A stretch of 64,000 nt of DNA from an uncultured Acidimicrobiaceae bacterium (GCA_963700265.1 CAVOWX010000002.1:343648-407647), one strand, 5' to 3'. Shown: positions 31,285 through 41,263, counted from the stretch's first letter. Translations and numbers: made by a program. The notes: generated by a model from the sequence alone, not told the origin.

Positions 31285-32517
31285 CTATTCCCCGGCGACC
31301 CGTGCAATCCAGAGTCCGGGAGCGTCGACCTCGTTGGGAGTCGGCATCGAATCGGGCAACTGCAGCAGCCGAGTCAGGCCGGTTTCACCCGAGCGATCGA
31401 CGACACCCTGCACGAATGCCTTGCCGCGCCGCACCTGATCCTCGCCGACCCGGATTCCGAGCAGCCGCTCGACGAACCGGTCATCAGCGGAACCTTCGGT
31501 GCGTTGGCGCCGCACCGCCTCAGCGATCCGCAACGCCTCGCCTCCGATCACTCGCACAGCGACGGCGTCGACAACCCAGTCGGTGTACCCGACCACGGTG
31601 GCGACGGCGGCGTCGAGCCGCGGGCGCAGGGCTCGTTGAGCCGGAGACTCGATCGCTCCGAGCAGAATCTCGGGATCGGAGAACGCCTGCTGGAGGGCGG
31701 CCATCGGGTCACCTGACGAGTCGCCGCCGAGCGGATCGAACCCACCCAGCTTGTCAGCGATCGCCGCCGGATCGGGCCGGAACCCACCGACATGGGCACG
31801 CACGAGGTCGGCGAGTTCGGTCCGCAGATGCGGAATCGACAAGACCTGGAATCCGGACAGTTCGTGGGCGAGCACCCACAGCCGCATCTGGTCGAGCGGG
31901 ATCTCCCACTGGGTGGCGAAGTCATCGATCGTTCGGCCGACCAGTACGACCTCCTGTTTCTCGCGAGGGATCGGCAGATCGTGCAAGCCGAACACGTGCT
32001 GGGACAGTTGGCCGACCATCGAACCGACCGACATCCCCATCATCGCTGGTGCCATCATGCGGCTCAGCCCCGCCATCATCTGCATCATCGGGTCGCCGCC
32101 GTCGCCGGTACCGCTCGCGTCGGCTTCGGGCGCCTGCCCGAGCGACGTCGCGATATCCGTGAACAGCGGGCGATAGGCATCGAGCGTCTCGTTGGCCCAG
32201 ACACTGCGGGTCACGATCCGCGGCTCTGGGTAGGGGGTGTCGGTGCCGGTGACGTCGTTGACGTGCATGCCGGCGATCCGCGCCAGATCGGTGTACGCGA
32301 TCCGTACGGCGGGATCGACATTGGATTCGGGTTGACCGTGGGTGGCTCCGAGCATCGCGAACTGGCGGGCTGCGTCCCAGTTCAAGGGACCCTGGCCTTG
32401 CAGGGCGCGGGCGATGTCGCCGAACATCGGCATTCCGGCGAACGGGTTGAGCGGTCCGTCGGGCTGCCCATCGTCTGGCGGGTCGTCGTGATCGTCTGGA
32501 TTCGGGCCGTCGGCCAT
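31285..32517 (-). CDS. Zincin-like putative hydrolase (DUF2342-type)
   Basis: GPLNWDAARQ, LWVLAHE, GKAFVQGV, MPTPNEVDAPGLWIAR; the second His of HExxH is absent (HELSG). Confidence 0.8.
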   Translation of the reverse strand: MADGPNPDDHDDPPDDGQPDGPLNPFAGMPMFGDIARALQGQGPLNWDAARQFAMLGATHGQPESNVDPAVRIAYTDLARIAGMHVNDVTGTDTPYPEPRIVTRSVWANETLDAYRPLFTDIATSLGQAPEADASGTGDGGDPMMQMMAGLSRMMAPAMMGMSVGSMVGQLSQHVFGLHDLPIPREKQEVVLVGRTIDDFATQWEIPLDQMRLWVLAHELSGFQVLSIPHLRTELADLVRAHVGGFRPDPAAIADKLGGFDPLGGDSSGDPMAALQQAFSDPEILLGAIESPAQRALRPRLDAAVATVVGYTDWVVDAVAVRVIGGEALRIAEAVRRQRTEGSADDRFVERLLGIRVGEDQVRRGKAFVQGVVDRSGETGLTRLLQLPDSMPTPNEVDAPGLWIARVAGE

Positions 32518-32576
32518 GCATCGATGTTACGGCTCGCCAGCCGGAATCCCCGTCGCCCTGCACTAGCGTCGCTGTC

Positions 32577-33647
32577 GTGACCGCCTCGCTCACCACCGCG
32601 ATTGCCACCGGGGCCGACGTTGATGCGGCCGACGACACGGTCGAACACGGCAGGCCCCGGCGGGTCTACGTGCGCGGCGTTCGAAGCCCGCTCGGCTGGC
32701 GGGTGGCCGAGCAGTTGCGGTCGCTCACCGGGGTCGAGGTGGTGGTGGCTTCGGGCGATGCGCCGGCTGAACCGGCGTTCGGCAAGTTCGACACGATCGT
32801 CGATGTCGGCGTCGCCGACCACGACCTGCTGGGGCGTCGCGGTGCGAGTGTCACGGCCGGCGCTCACGAACTGCTCGTCGATGCCCACGCGCTGGGGGTC
32901 GACCGGTTGGTCGTGCTCTCATCGGCGATGGTGTACGGGGCGCTCGCCAACAACCCGGTTCCGATCACCGAGGATGCAGTACTGCGCCCGGACACCACCT
33001 TCGTCTACGCCCGCCAGTTGGCGGCCGCCGAGGAGGCCATCGAGGCGTGGCGGACGAGCCACCCCGATCGCTTCGTGGCGATGCTGCGCCCGGCCGTTCC
33101 GATCGCCGCCGAGGGCACGTCATCGATCGCCCGGGCGCTCACCGCCGGGTTCGGACAACGCTTCGGCGAGTCGGCGCCGGGTGCGCAGTTCGTACACCAC
33201 GATGACGTTGCCAACGCTGTCGCGGTGGCGGTCGATCGCAAACTGGATGGCGTGTACAACGTCGCTCCCGATGGCAGCATCCCTGGCGACCGCGTGCGGG
33301 CACTGTCGGGTCAGCGGTTTCGACTGCCCGCTCCCGACCGTGTTGCCGACGTGGTGGGGGCGCTGCGCTGGAGGTTCCAGAGGGGGCCGATTCCGCCCGG
33401 TTTGCGGTCGTACACCCGCGAGCCGTGGATCATCGCCAACGACAAGTTGCGCTCCGAAGGCTGGACGCCCACCGTGACCAACGAGCAGTCGTATGTCGAG
33501 GGAACCGAAGCCAAGTGGTGGACGATGGTGACACCGCAGCGACGTCAGGAAATTGCGCTCACGGCGATGGTCGGTGGCTTGTTGGCCGCCGCCGTGTTCG
33601 GAACGATCATGGGGCGCCGCTGGTGGCGCCGGCGTGCTCGGCCCTGA
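32577..33647 (+). CDS. NAD-dependent epimerase/dehydratase-like protein with C-terminal TM anchor
   Basis: VLSSAMVYGA, QFVHHDDVA, GVYNVAPDG; the GxxGxxG and YxxxK motifs are degenerate. Confidence 0.75.
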   Translation: MTASLTTAIATGADVDAADDTVEHGRPRRVYVRGVRSPLGWRVAEQLRSLTGVEVVVASGDAPAEPAFGKFDTIVDVGVADHDLLGRRGASVTAGAHELLVDAHALGVDRLVVLSSAMVYGALANNPVPITEDAVLRPDTTFVYARQLAAAEEAIEAWRTSHPDRFVAMLRPAVPIAAEGTSSIARALTAGFGQRFGESAPGAQFVHHDDVANAVAVAVDRKLDGVYNVAPDGSIPGDRVRALSGQRFRLPAPDRVADVVGALRWRFQRGPIPPGLRSYTREPWIIANDKLRSEGWTPTVTNEQSYVEGTEAKWWTMVTPQRRQEIALTAMVGGLLAAAVFGTIMGRRWWRRRARP

Positions 33648-34392
33648 TCTCGATCACGCGAACCTGACCGTCGCCATGGCGACGGGTGCACAGCCCGATC
33701 AGATCGCCGGCGCGGTCGAGCACGGCCGCACCTTCGGGGACATCGAGCGTTGCCACGTCGGCGAAAGCGATCGTGATGGGAGGCGAATCCATCACTGTGA
33801 CGACCTCGGCACCCACCGGCTGGCTCTCTGCGATGCGGTGGCCGGCCTCCGGCTGGCTCAGTTCGATCAGCCAGGTATCACCCGACCGTTCCACAATCGT
33901 GCCGGACGCCAAACGTCCCGAGGGCAATCGAACATCGATCTCTGGATCGTCGAGACTGTTGGTGCCGTGCTCTGCGAGGGCGACACCGGTGATCAACGCC
34001 AACTGGCCGTCACCGATCGGCGTGGCGAGTGCGTGCTCGGCCAGCGTGGGGGTGACAGCGAGCGGCCCGCGGGCTGCAAACGACGGGGCCAGCGCAACCG
34101 GCCGGACGGACGCGGTTGGGTCAGCGGCTGCCGAGGAGGAAGGGCCGGCGATCGCTGCGAGTGTGATCGGCGTAGTGGTGGCGCTGATCGCCAACGGTGA
34201 TTCTTGGCGGCGTGGAGTCACCGTGAAGATCAAGACGCCGACAGCGAGCAGGCCGAGTGTTCCGGTCGTCAGAGCGAACATTCGGGTCGACGGCGCAGCC
34301 GCCTCGGCGCGCAAGACCATGCGTTGTTCAGCCGCCAACTCAGACGGGTGCCGCCACGTTCGTTCGTGCGGTGGGAGAGGACTTCGCTCCAC
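33607..34392 (-). CDS. Membrane-anchored protein with a degenerate trypsin/HtrA-like domain
   Basis: PLPPHERTWRHPSE, one TM helix, C-terminal PEGAAVLDRAGDLIGL resembling GNSGGPLLDxxGxVIGI. Confidence 0.6.
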   Translation of the reverse strand: MERSPLPPHERTWRHPSELAAEQRMVLRAEAAAPSTRMFALTTGTLGLLAVGVLIFTVTPRRQESPLAISATTTPITLAAIAGPSSSAAADPTASVRPVALAPSFAARGPLAVTPTLAEHALATPIGDGQLALITGVALAEHGTNSLDDPEIDVRLPSGRLASGTIVERSGDTWLIELSQPEAGHRIAESQPVGAEVVTVMDSPPITIAFADVATLDVPEGAAVLDRAGDLIGLCTRRHGDGQVRVIEIRAEHAGATSGAP

Positions 34393-34464
34393 AGTTGCAA
34401 GATCGTAGTGAAGGCGCAACACCAGCGGACGTCGCGGGGAGGGCGCTACGGCTACGATGCGAGG

Positions 34465-34971
34465 GTGCAACCCCCTCCCGACGGTGATGACTGGCTTGGT
34501 CTGACCGAGGCCGAACTACCCATCGGGGGCCTGTACGACTGGTGTGTGCGTCCGAATTGCGGGGCAGTGGTGCTGTTCAGTGGAACCGTCCGAGACCACG
34601 CTGACGGTCGCTCCGATGTCGAGCATCTCGAGTACGAGGCATACGACGAGATGGTCGTTCCCAAGCTCGAGCAGATCGTGACCGAGGCGCGTGCCCGCTG
34701 GCCGCAGCTCGGCAGGATTGCGTTGGTGCACCGGATCGGCCGGCTCGGACTCGGGGAGAGTTCGGTCGTGGCCGCCGTATCGGCGCCGCACCGACCCGAA
34801 GCGTTCGAAGCGGCCAGGTTCGCGATCGACGCGCTCAAGGTGTCGGTGCCGGTTTGGAAGCGCGAGATCTGGGCGGGCGGTTCCGACTGGGGAACCAACG
34901 CCGCCGACCTGGTCGACGCCAACGACGTCACCAGCCCGAACTCCGCAGCCGGCGCAGCGGGGATCAACTGA
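34465..34971 (+). CDS. moaE: Molybdopterin synthase catalytic subunit
   Basis: GAVVLFSGTVRDH, LEYEAY, HRIGRL, SAPHRPEAF, VPVWKRE. Confidence 0.93.
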   Translation: MQPPPDGDDWLGLTEAELPIGGLYDWCVRPNCGAVVLFSGTVRDHADGRSDVEHLEYEAYDEMVVPKLEQIVTEARARWPQLGRIALVHRIGRLGLGESSVVAAVSAPHRPEAFEAARFAIDALKVSVPVWKREIWAGGSDWGTNAADLVDANDVTSPNSAAGAAGIN

Positions 34972-35270
34972 TGAACCCATATATCGCCATCCTGATCGCC
35001 ATCGTCATTCTCGTGGCGATCTTGTATCTCATCATGCGGTCGCGTCGAGCGAACGACGGCGTCGACTCGTTCCGACGCCAGATCGATGCCCTGTCTCCCG
35101 AGGCGCGTCGCCCGGTGATCGACCAGATGTACGGCAACACCGATCGGTCCGAACCCCACATCGAGCCGCTGATCGATCAGCGCCCGGCGAACGGTTCGCC
35201 GGATGACACCGATGGCTCGGCGGCCGAAGCCGAAGCCCAGTCAGATGAGGACGACTCCGATGGCGCGTGA
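34971..35270 (+). CDS. Small single-pass membrane protein with acidic tail
   Basis: MNPYIAILIAIVILVAILYLIM-RSRR; overlaps the moaE stop and the mreB start. Confidence 0.75.
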   Translation: MNPYIAILIAIVILVAILYLIMRSRRANDGVDSFRRQIDALSPEARRPVIDQMYGNTDRSEPHIEPLIDQRPANGSPDDTDGSAAEAEAQSDEDDSDGA

Positions 35271-36264
35271 CTTGGCGATCGACCTCGGCACGGCGAACAC
35301 GCTGGTGTACATGAAGGGCCGCGGGATCGTGCTCAACGAGCCGTCGGTGATCGCCCTCAATCGGCAGACCGGCGAGGTGTTGGCGACGGGCCGCGAAGCA
35401 TGGCAGATGATCGGCCGCACCCCTGGCTACATCGTTGCCGTGCGACCGCTTCGCGGTGGAGCGATCACCGACTTCGAGATCACCGAGCGCATGATCCGGC
35501 TGCTGTTGCAACGCGTCGGCGTCAGCCGCTTCACGCGACCCAAGGTCGTGATCTGTGTGCCGTCAGCGATCACCGAGGTCGAGCGACGGGCGGTCACCGA
35601 CGCCGCGCGGCGGGCCGGTGCCGCCGATGCCAACCTGATCGAACAGCCGATGGCTGCCGCGATCGGCGCAGATCTTCCGATCGACGAGCCGGTCGGCAAC
35701 ATGGTGATCGACATCGGTGGCGGCACCAGCGAAACAGCGGTCATCAGCCTCGGCGGGATCGTCGCACTCGAGGCCGTCCGGGTCGGCTCGTTCGACATCG
35801 ACGCCGCGATCCAGAACTACATCCGCCGCGAGCACGGCATCGCCGTCGGGGAACGCACGGCGGAAGAGATCAAGATGGCGATCGGATCCGCCCACCCGAT
35901 GCCCCAGGAATCGCAGGCAGAGGTCCGTGGCCGCGATCTGATGACCGGACTGCCGAAGACCGTCGTGCTGACACCCGAAGAGGTGCGCTACGCGATCGAC
36001 GATGTGGTGTCCTCGATCGTGTCCTCCGTGATTCGATGTCTCTCGAAGGCGCCGCCCGAACTCTCACAGGACTTCTTGGTACGCGGCATGTACCTGGTCG
36101 GCGGTGGCGGCCTACTGCGCGGCCTCGCCGAGCGGATCCAGATCGAGACCGAGGTGCCGGTGAAGATGTCGAACGTGCCGCTGGAAGCGGTGGTGTTGGG
36201 CGCCGGGCACGTGATCGAACACTACGACGCCCTCAAGGGGATGTTCATGGGAGTTCGCCGCTGA
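35260..36264 (+). CDS. mreB: Rod shape-determining protein MreB/Mbl
   Basis: IDLGTANT, RPLRGGAI, VPSAITEVERRAV, DIGGGTSE, GERTAEEIK, GGGGLL. Confidence 0.93.
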   Translation: MARDLAIDLGTANTLVYMKGRGIVLNEPSVIALNRQTGEVLATGREAWQMIGRTPGYIVAVRPLRGGAITDFEITERMIRLLLQRVGVSRFTRPKVVICVPSAITEVERRAVTDAARRAGAADANLIEQPMAAAIGADLPIDEPVGNMVIDIGGGTSETAVISLGGIVALEAVRVGSFDIDAAIQNYIRREHGIAVGERTAEEIKMAIGSAHPMPQESQAEVRGRDLMTGLPKTVVLTPEEVRYAIDDVVSSIVSSVIRCLSKAPPELSQDFLVRGMYLVGGGGLLRGLAERIQIETEVPVKMSNVPLEAVVLGAGHVIEHYDALKGMFMGVRR

Positions 36265-36266
36265 CC

Positions 36267-37655
36267 ATGCGTTTGGTTGGTTCGGCCGTCGAGTCGATGG
36301 CCGACGGCCTCGACCGAATTCGAACGGACAACGGTGTCAGGGAAGCCTTTCCCGACGTGGTGCTGGCTGCCGCCCAGGCGGCCGCTGCCAAGCCGCTCGG
36401 CTGGCAGCACGTCGATCGCACGGACCGCCGATTCGTGACGCTCGACCCCGCCTCGTCGATCGATCTCGACCAGGCGTTCGCGATCGAGTTGGCGGGCGAC
36501 GAGGTCATTCTGCACTACGCCATCGCCGATGTCGGCTGGTTCGTGCAACCCGGCGATGTGCTCGACATCGAGGCGTTCGAGCGGGTGGTCACGGTGTACC
36601 TGCCCGATCGCAGGGCCACGCTGTATCCGCCGCTGTTGTCCGAAGGTGCCGCCAGTCTGTTGCCCGACGTGGATCGGCCGGCTGTCGTGTTCACGGTGCG
36701 GGTCGCCGCCGATGGCGCCACCACGCTCGACGGTGTTGAGCGGGCGATCGTGCGCAACCGTGCCAAGTTGGCCTACGACGCCGTGTCCGCGGCTGACCTG
36801 CCAGACGGGTTTGCCGAGCTGCACCGCCGGATCCAACTCGCCGAGGATGCCCGCGGGGCGCCGCGTGTCGAGTTTCCCGAGCAAGAGATCGACCGCCTCG
36901 ACGACGGGCAGTTCGTGCTGCGGTTCCGTCCCCGGCTCGACGCCGAGGAGCAGAATGCGGCCCTGTCGTTGGCCACCAACTTGGCGGTTGCCGATGCGCT
37001 CTACGACGCAGGCACCGGCTTGTTCCGAGTGATGCCAGATGTGGCGGATCGGCGGCTGCGTGGGTTGCGTCACACCGCCAGGTTGTTCGGCTTGGAGTGG
37101 CCGAAGGACATGTCGCTGGCGGCGTTCGAGCGGGCGCTACCGCGCGCCGATCCTCGGACGTCAGCGTTCCTGATCGCGGTTCGCCGCGCTGCCGGCGGGG
37201 CGAGCTATGCGCCGTACGATCCGGACGAGCGCCCCTGGCACGCTGCGATCGCGGCCACCTACGCCCAGGCGACGGCCCCGCTGCGGCGGCTTCAGGATCG
37301 ATATGTGATCGAGGCCACGCTGGCGGTTGCCAATGGCCGGCCCGTACCCGAGCAGATCCTGGACGGTTTCGAACGACTGCCGCGTGCGATGTCCGAGGGT
37401 GATCAGCGAGCCAACCGCGTCGAGCGTCAGGCGCTCGAGTTGGCGGAGTCGGTGGTGTTGGCGGGACGCGAGGGCGAGATCTTCGATGCCGTTGTCGTCG
37501 ACGAGGGCGAGTGGGGCGTCGAGATTCAGATTGACGACCCAGCGGTGCTGGTGAGGATGAGCGCCCGCAAGGTCGACCCCGGCGACGACCTGCGGGTCCG
37601 CCTGGTCTCGGCCGACCCCGAACGTCGCCACATCGAGTTCGAACGAGTCAGCTGA
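36267..37655 (+). CDS. RNB domain ribonuclease (short RNase II/R family)
   Basis: TLDPASSIDLDQA, YAIADV, TAPLRRLQDR, C-terminal S1-like domain. Confidence 0.88.
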   Translation: MRLVGSAVESMADGLDRIRTDNGVREAFPDVVLAAAQAAAAKPLGWQHVDRTDRRFVTLDPASSIDLDQAFAIELAGDEVILHYAIADVGWFVQPGDVLDIEAFERVVTVYLPDRRATLYPPLLSEGAASLLPDVDRPAVVFTVRVAADGATTLDGVERAIVRNRAKLAYDAVSAADLPDGFAELHRRIQLAEDARGAPRVEFPEQEIDRLDDGQFVLRFRPRLDAEEQNAALSLATNLAVADALYDAGTGLFRVMPDVADRRLRGLRHTARLFGLEWPKDMSLAAFERALPRADPRTSAFLIAVRRAAGGASYAPYDPDERPWHAAIAATYAQATAPLRRLQDRYVIEATLAVANGRPVPEQILDGFERLPRAMSEGDQRANRVERQALELAESVVLAGREGEIFDAVVVDEGEWGVEIQIDDPAVLVRMSARKVDPGDDLRVRLVSADPERRHIEFERVS

Positions 37656-37657
37656 CG
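37628..37657 (+). repeat. Left copy of a 30-bp direct repeat (3' end of the RNB gene)
   Basis: CCACATCGAGTTCGAACGAGTCAGCTGACG, 29/30 identical to 41069-41098. Confidence 0.9.
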
Positions 37658-38034
37658 ACCGGAAGGAACATGTGTCTTCCGCTCCGACTACGCAGTCACC
37701 AGCGCCGCCGCATTGAAACACCATCTGAGCCCTAACGAGCTTCACTGGAGAATAGATCATGGGGCTCCAGGTGGTACCGGTCGGCGTACCGTTCACGCCA
37801 TGACTCTTGCGTTGGGTGTACCCGGTGGACTGGACAGCTCGTAATTCGAGCGGCATGTACCCATGAACATTGGACGTATCGAGCCCAGTTGGTCTTGCGT
37901 CGGCCCTTACGTGACGTCATACCATCACGGACATGACGACCCTGATGTGTGCTCGGAAATCACTTATCATCTGGCGCGTCGCAGCCACTTCGCAGGCATG
38001 ATGCGTTCGACTTGAGCTTGGTGATTCGGAGCCG

Positions 38035-38514
38035 ATGAGACATGACGTGAGTCGTCCGTTCGAGAATCTGACAGGGTCAAAGATCGGTTCTGGCCTCTTG
38101 GTGGCCGTCGGTGCGGCCGGTGGTGCCCTGATCGCCTTGACCGTGTTGTACGCGCTCGGCCGTTTCTGGATCGACCCCTGGCTTGATTCGCTGCCACAGA
38201 GCGACACCGACATGTTCGGGCCGCCCGAAGGATGGCTTGTGGTGATCGCGACGGTCGTGCTCGGCCCGCCGCTCGTTGTCATCTCCGCCTGGTTGGCGAT
38301 GAGTTCGGCGCGCGGTGCGTGGGATCTCGACGACATCCAGCCCAGCCGGCTGCGCTTCGCAGTTCTTGCCTGTGCCTTTGGTGGGGTGTCGTTGGCGGCG
38401 ATCGATGTTCTGGGCAATGCTGGCGGACTCGCAGTGGTCGGGGTGGCCGTCGGGGTGGCCGGCTTCGTGTCGAGCATGGCGAGCCCATCGCGAGCATCGA
38501 TGCACCAGCGCTGA
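38035..38514 (+). CDS. Hypothetical membrane protein (about 4 TM)
   Basis: Four hydrophobic stretches; no recognised motif. Confidence 0.55.
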   Translation: MRHDVSRPFENLTGSKIGSGLLVAVGAAGGALIALTVLYALGRFWIDPWLDSLPQSDTDMFGPPEGWLVVIATVVLGPPLVVISAWLAMSSARGAWDLDDIQPSRLRFAVLACAFGGVSLAAIDVLGNAGGLAVVGVAVGVAGFVSSMASPSRASMHQR

Positions 38515-38698
38515 GTGTTGTCGACCGGCTCCGCGTGCCTTCTCGTCGATCGCGACCGAACGGCGTGCCGTGAAGGGCCCGATATTGGCGCCCGATGATC
38601 CGGCTCGGACAACACAGCCTTCGCCGCATAGCGACCCAAGCAGCGCACTGCACTTTCCCGACCCGCCGGTGGTGCTTCGGAGCGACAATGCTCGGTCC

Positions 38699-39302
38699 AT
38701 GTCTCTCGACGAGCTCGTTGCGGCGATCTTGGCCAAGCCCGGGCCGCTGCGACTCGTTGCAGTCGACGGACCGGGCGGCGCGGGCAAGTCCACGTTCGCC
38801 CGCGAGCTGTCCGAGGGAGCCGGCGGAGCACCGGTGGTTCACACCGACGACTTCGCAGCTGCCGACAACCCGATCGACTGGTGGCCAAGGCTCCTCGAAC
38901 AAGTCATCGACCCGTTCCGCGAGGTGACGCAGCGCATTACCAGCGCTCTGACTGGCCGTCCGACACGTTGGCCGAATGGCACGCCATCGAGCCGGCACCG
39001 ATCGTCGTCATCGAGGGAGTGTCGGCAGGTCGCTCCGAGTGGGCCGCGCACCTCAGCTTTCTGGTCTGGATCGAGACCCCCACGAGGAGCGCCTCCGCCA
39101 CGCGGTCGATCGCGATGGCATCGCAGCACTGGACGACTGGGAATCGTGGATGGCCAGCGAGGACGCCCACTACAAACGTGACCCCAGTCGCGAGCGTGCC
39201 GACGTCGTTCTCGACGGCACGCACCCAGTCGAGTCGTTCCACCAGACCCTCGATGAGTTCCTGTATCGCCACGAGTGGCAGTACGAGGTGCACGTGACGT
39301 AG
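38699..39302 (+). pseudogene. Uridine kinase-like P-loop protein with two apparent frameshifts (about 38919 and 39080)
   Basis: VAVDGPGGAGKST and HTDDF in frame 1; YQRSDW...VVIEGVSAGR...WIETP in frame 2; EERL..AVDRDG...W..WM..ED.HY..D..RERAD in frame 3; may be an intact gene with sequencing indels. Confidence 0.75.
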
Positions 39303-39412
39303 GACAACCGCTGGGTGCTGCTCCGTGCCACCGATGGCCACGAGGGCCACGACCGCGAACTCCACGCACCACGATCGGGGCGCGATAGATCTCGTGTAAC
39401 GTCGCAATCGGC

Positions 39413-39441
39413 TTGACATTCGATTCGCGGGTCGCTAAGCC
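39413..39441 (+). promoter_or_regulatory. Possible sigmaA promoter (TTGACA-17-TAAGCC) overlapped by the inverted repeat TCGGCTT/AAGCCGA
   Basis: TTGACA at 39413-39418; repeat arms at 39408-39414 and 39437-39443; the -10 box lacks its final T. Confidence 0.35.
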
Positions 39442-39449
39442 GACTACCC

Positions 39450-40520
39450 ATGGCGATCACACGACGGCGCACGAGCAACAACATGACGATGACCAAGAGC
39501 CGGTGGGCGGCGATCGGAGCGGCGATCGCGGTGTCGTTCGGCGCCGGCAGCATCGGGATCGGGCAGGCCACCAGCCCGTCCGGGGCGTCGGTTTTCGTCG
39601 CCATGACCCCATGTAGGATGATGGACACCCGCCCCGATTTCCAGGTTGGCTCACGTTCTGCGCCGTTGGCGGGCAATGACACGTACACGCTGGCTGGAAC
39701 CGGCACGGTCGGGCAGTGCGTGATCCCGGGTGGTGCGACCGGACTGGTGCTGAACGTGACGGCGGTCAGGGCGAGCGCGGCGACGTTCCTGACGATCTAC
39801 CCGGCGGGGGAGACACGGCCCAACGCCAGCCACGTCAACCCGGCCCCTGGGCAGCCACCAGCACCGAACGCGGTGACCACGAACCTAGGCGTAGGCCAGC
39901 AGTTCTCGATCTTCAACAACGCCGGCACCGTGCACGTGTTCGCCGATGTCGTGGGCTACTACACCGATCACAACCACGACGATCGTTACTACACGAAGGC
40001 CGAAGCTGACACGGCGTTCTCGACGCCGCCTGTCGATCACCTCACGATCCCGATCGGCAACTTCTCACCCGCTGACTCGCGGCTGTCCGGATCCGAAGGC
40101 TGGCAGTTCCAGCAGGCCTATTGGAGGTTCAACGAGGCCGCATCACCGGAGCAGGCCTGCCTGGTCGCAGCGGTCGGCCTCCCCGAAGGCGCGCTGGTCA
40201 CGAGTATCGACGTGTCCTACGCACAACAGGACCCGCCGATCCCGTTGGTCGCGACGATCGTCAGTGTGATCGGTGCCGCCGGGACATTTGCCAACGAATT
40301 CGACGTGATCAAGTATCACTACTACTCGGACACCGACCTGCCGACGACCGCGTCGGACGGTATCGGCCGGGTCAGCCTGCCGCACGACAACTCTGTGTTG
40401 GCAGGCGTCGGGACAACCCGGTCGCCGATTCTCGACGAGTTGGCGTCGCCGGCGATTCAGTTGTGTGTCGAAAATGACGTGTCACTCGTCAACGTCCGCG
40501 TCAACTTCGACCTGCCCTGA
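39450..40520 (+). CDS. Secreted protein with an actinobacterial surface-protein beta domain
   Basis: Signal peptide SRWAAIGAAIAVSFGAG; PCRMMDTR...LVLNVTAV...FLTIYP...HVFADVVGYY; start may be a later ATG. Confidence 0.75.
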   Translation: MAITRRRTSNNMTMTKSRWAAIGAAIAVSFGAGSIGIGQATSPSGASVFVAMTPCRMMDTRPDFQVGSRSAPLAGNDTYTLAGTGTVGQCVIPGGATGLVLNVTAVRASAATFLTIYPAGETRPNASHVNPAPGQPPAPNAVTTNLGVGQQFSIFNNAGTVHVFADVVGYYTDHNHDDRYYTKAEADTAFSTPPVDHLTIPIGNFSPADSRLSGSEGWQFQQAYWRFNEAASPEQACLVAAVGLPEGALVTSIDVSYAQQDPPIPLVATIVSVIGAAGTFANEFDVIKYHYYSDTDLPTTASDGIGRVSLPHDNSVLAGVGTTRSPILDELASPAIQLCVENDVSLVNVRVNFDLP

Positions 40521-41068
40521 ACGGCCACCCCGAGCTGGGGCATCCAAATCAGCTTGGTGGGTTTTGATGATCCCGGGCGGCGATCTCGCCGAGGCGTGGC
40601 TCGTTGGAGGGCACTCGATAATTCCGATCGATAATGCGTCCCTGATGGGGCACCGATCCGCACAGCAGTCGACGCAGCGGCGGGCGATGTCGTGGTGGTC
40701 AAGCATGGCGCTGCGCTCGGTCGCAAATGCGTGCCCGGCAGCTCCCTCGGCGAGCGTCAGGTCATGCACGAGGGGCAGTCCGGCGAGTTCCTGCCCGAAC
40801 GCGTAACCCCGTCCGCTCGCCGCGGCGATCGTCCTGGCGATCTCGCGGTCCAGCCGGCCGAACCGATTGTCGCGGGCGACCCGGCCGGCCTTGGCGAACA
40901 GCCAAACGGCGCGGTCATCCAACGGGTGTCGTTCTGAACCGAGATGGCACTTCTTGTACTTCTTGCTCGACCCGCACGGACACGGATCGTTGCGCCCAGC
41001 GATGGTCGGTGGTCGATGGGTGGCAAACCCGATGACCTCGTCGATGAGGTCGTGGTCGGCGAGTTCCT
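40521..41068 (-). pseudogene. Fragment of a SEC-C motif protein
   Basis: GRNDPCPCGSSKKYKKCH; no credible start, and the reading frame begins at the right repeat copy. Confidence 0.55.
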
Positions 41069-41098
41069 CCACATCGAGTTCGAACGGGTCAGCTGACG
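41069..41098 (+). repeat. Right copy of the 30-bp direct repeat
   Basis: CCACATCGAGTTCGAACGGGTCAGCTGACG. Confidence 0.9.
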
Positions 41099-41263
41099 CT
41101 CCGTGTCCGAGGCACATCGCTGTCGATCGAGCGAGTCAGGACAGATCGATGATCGTGGCGATCCTTGGTTCGCAGATGAGTTCGATCAACGAAATCTTGC
41201 AGGAAGCACTCGAACCGGTAACCGTCGCGCCGCCGAGCGAGAACTGACGGCATGCCTGTGCGA

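Larger units (their letters stand above)
37658..41068. mobile_element. Putative 3.4-kb genomic islet inserted at the RNB gene 3' end; no integrase seen
   Basis: Bounded by the 30-bp direct repeat; unrelated cargo genes, a truncated gene at the right junction and AT-richer spacers. Confidence 0.6.

Noticed and set aside
36440-36480. RNB motif DLDQ instead of DxDD as a sign of inactivity
   Set aside because: To my knowledge this variant is common in short actinobacterial RNB proteins; it is not evidence of decay.
12922-37880. Other intergenic GTATC pentamers (12922, 37876) as more ECF promoters
   Set aside because: Neither has GGrTCnTG at the 15-nt spacing.
40521-41117. SEC-C motif ORF as secA
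   Set aside because: Only the zinc motif is present, with no ATPase domains; the ORF-track start lies across the repeat junction.
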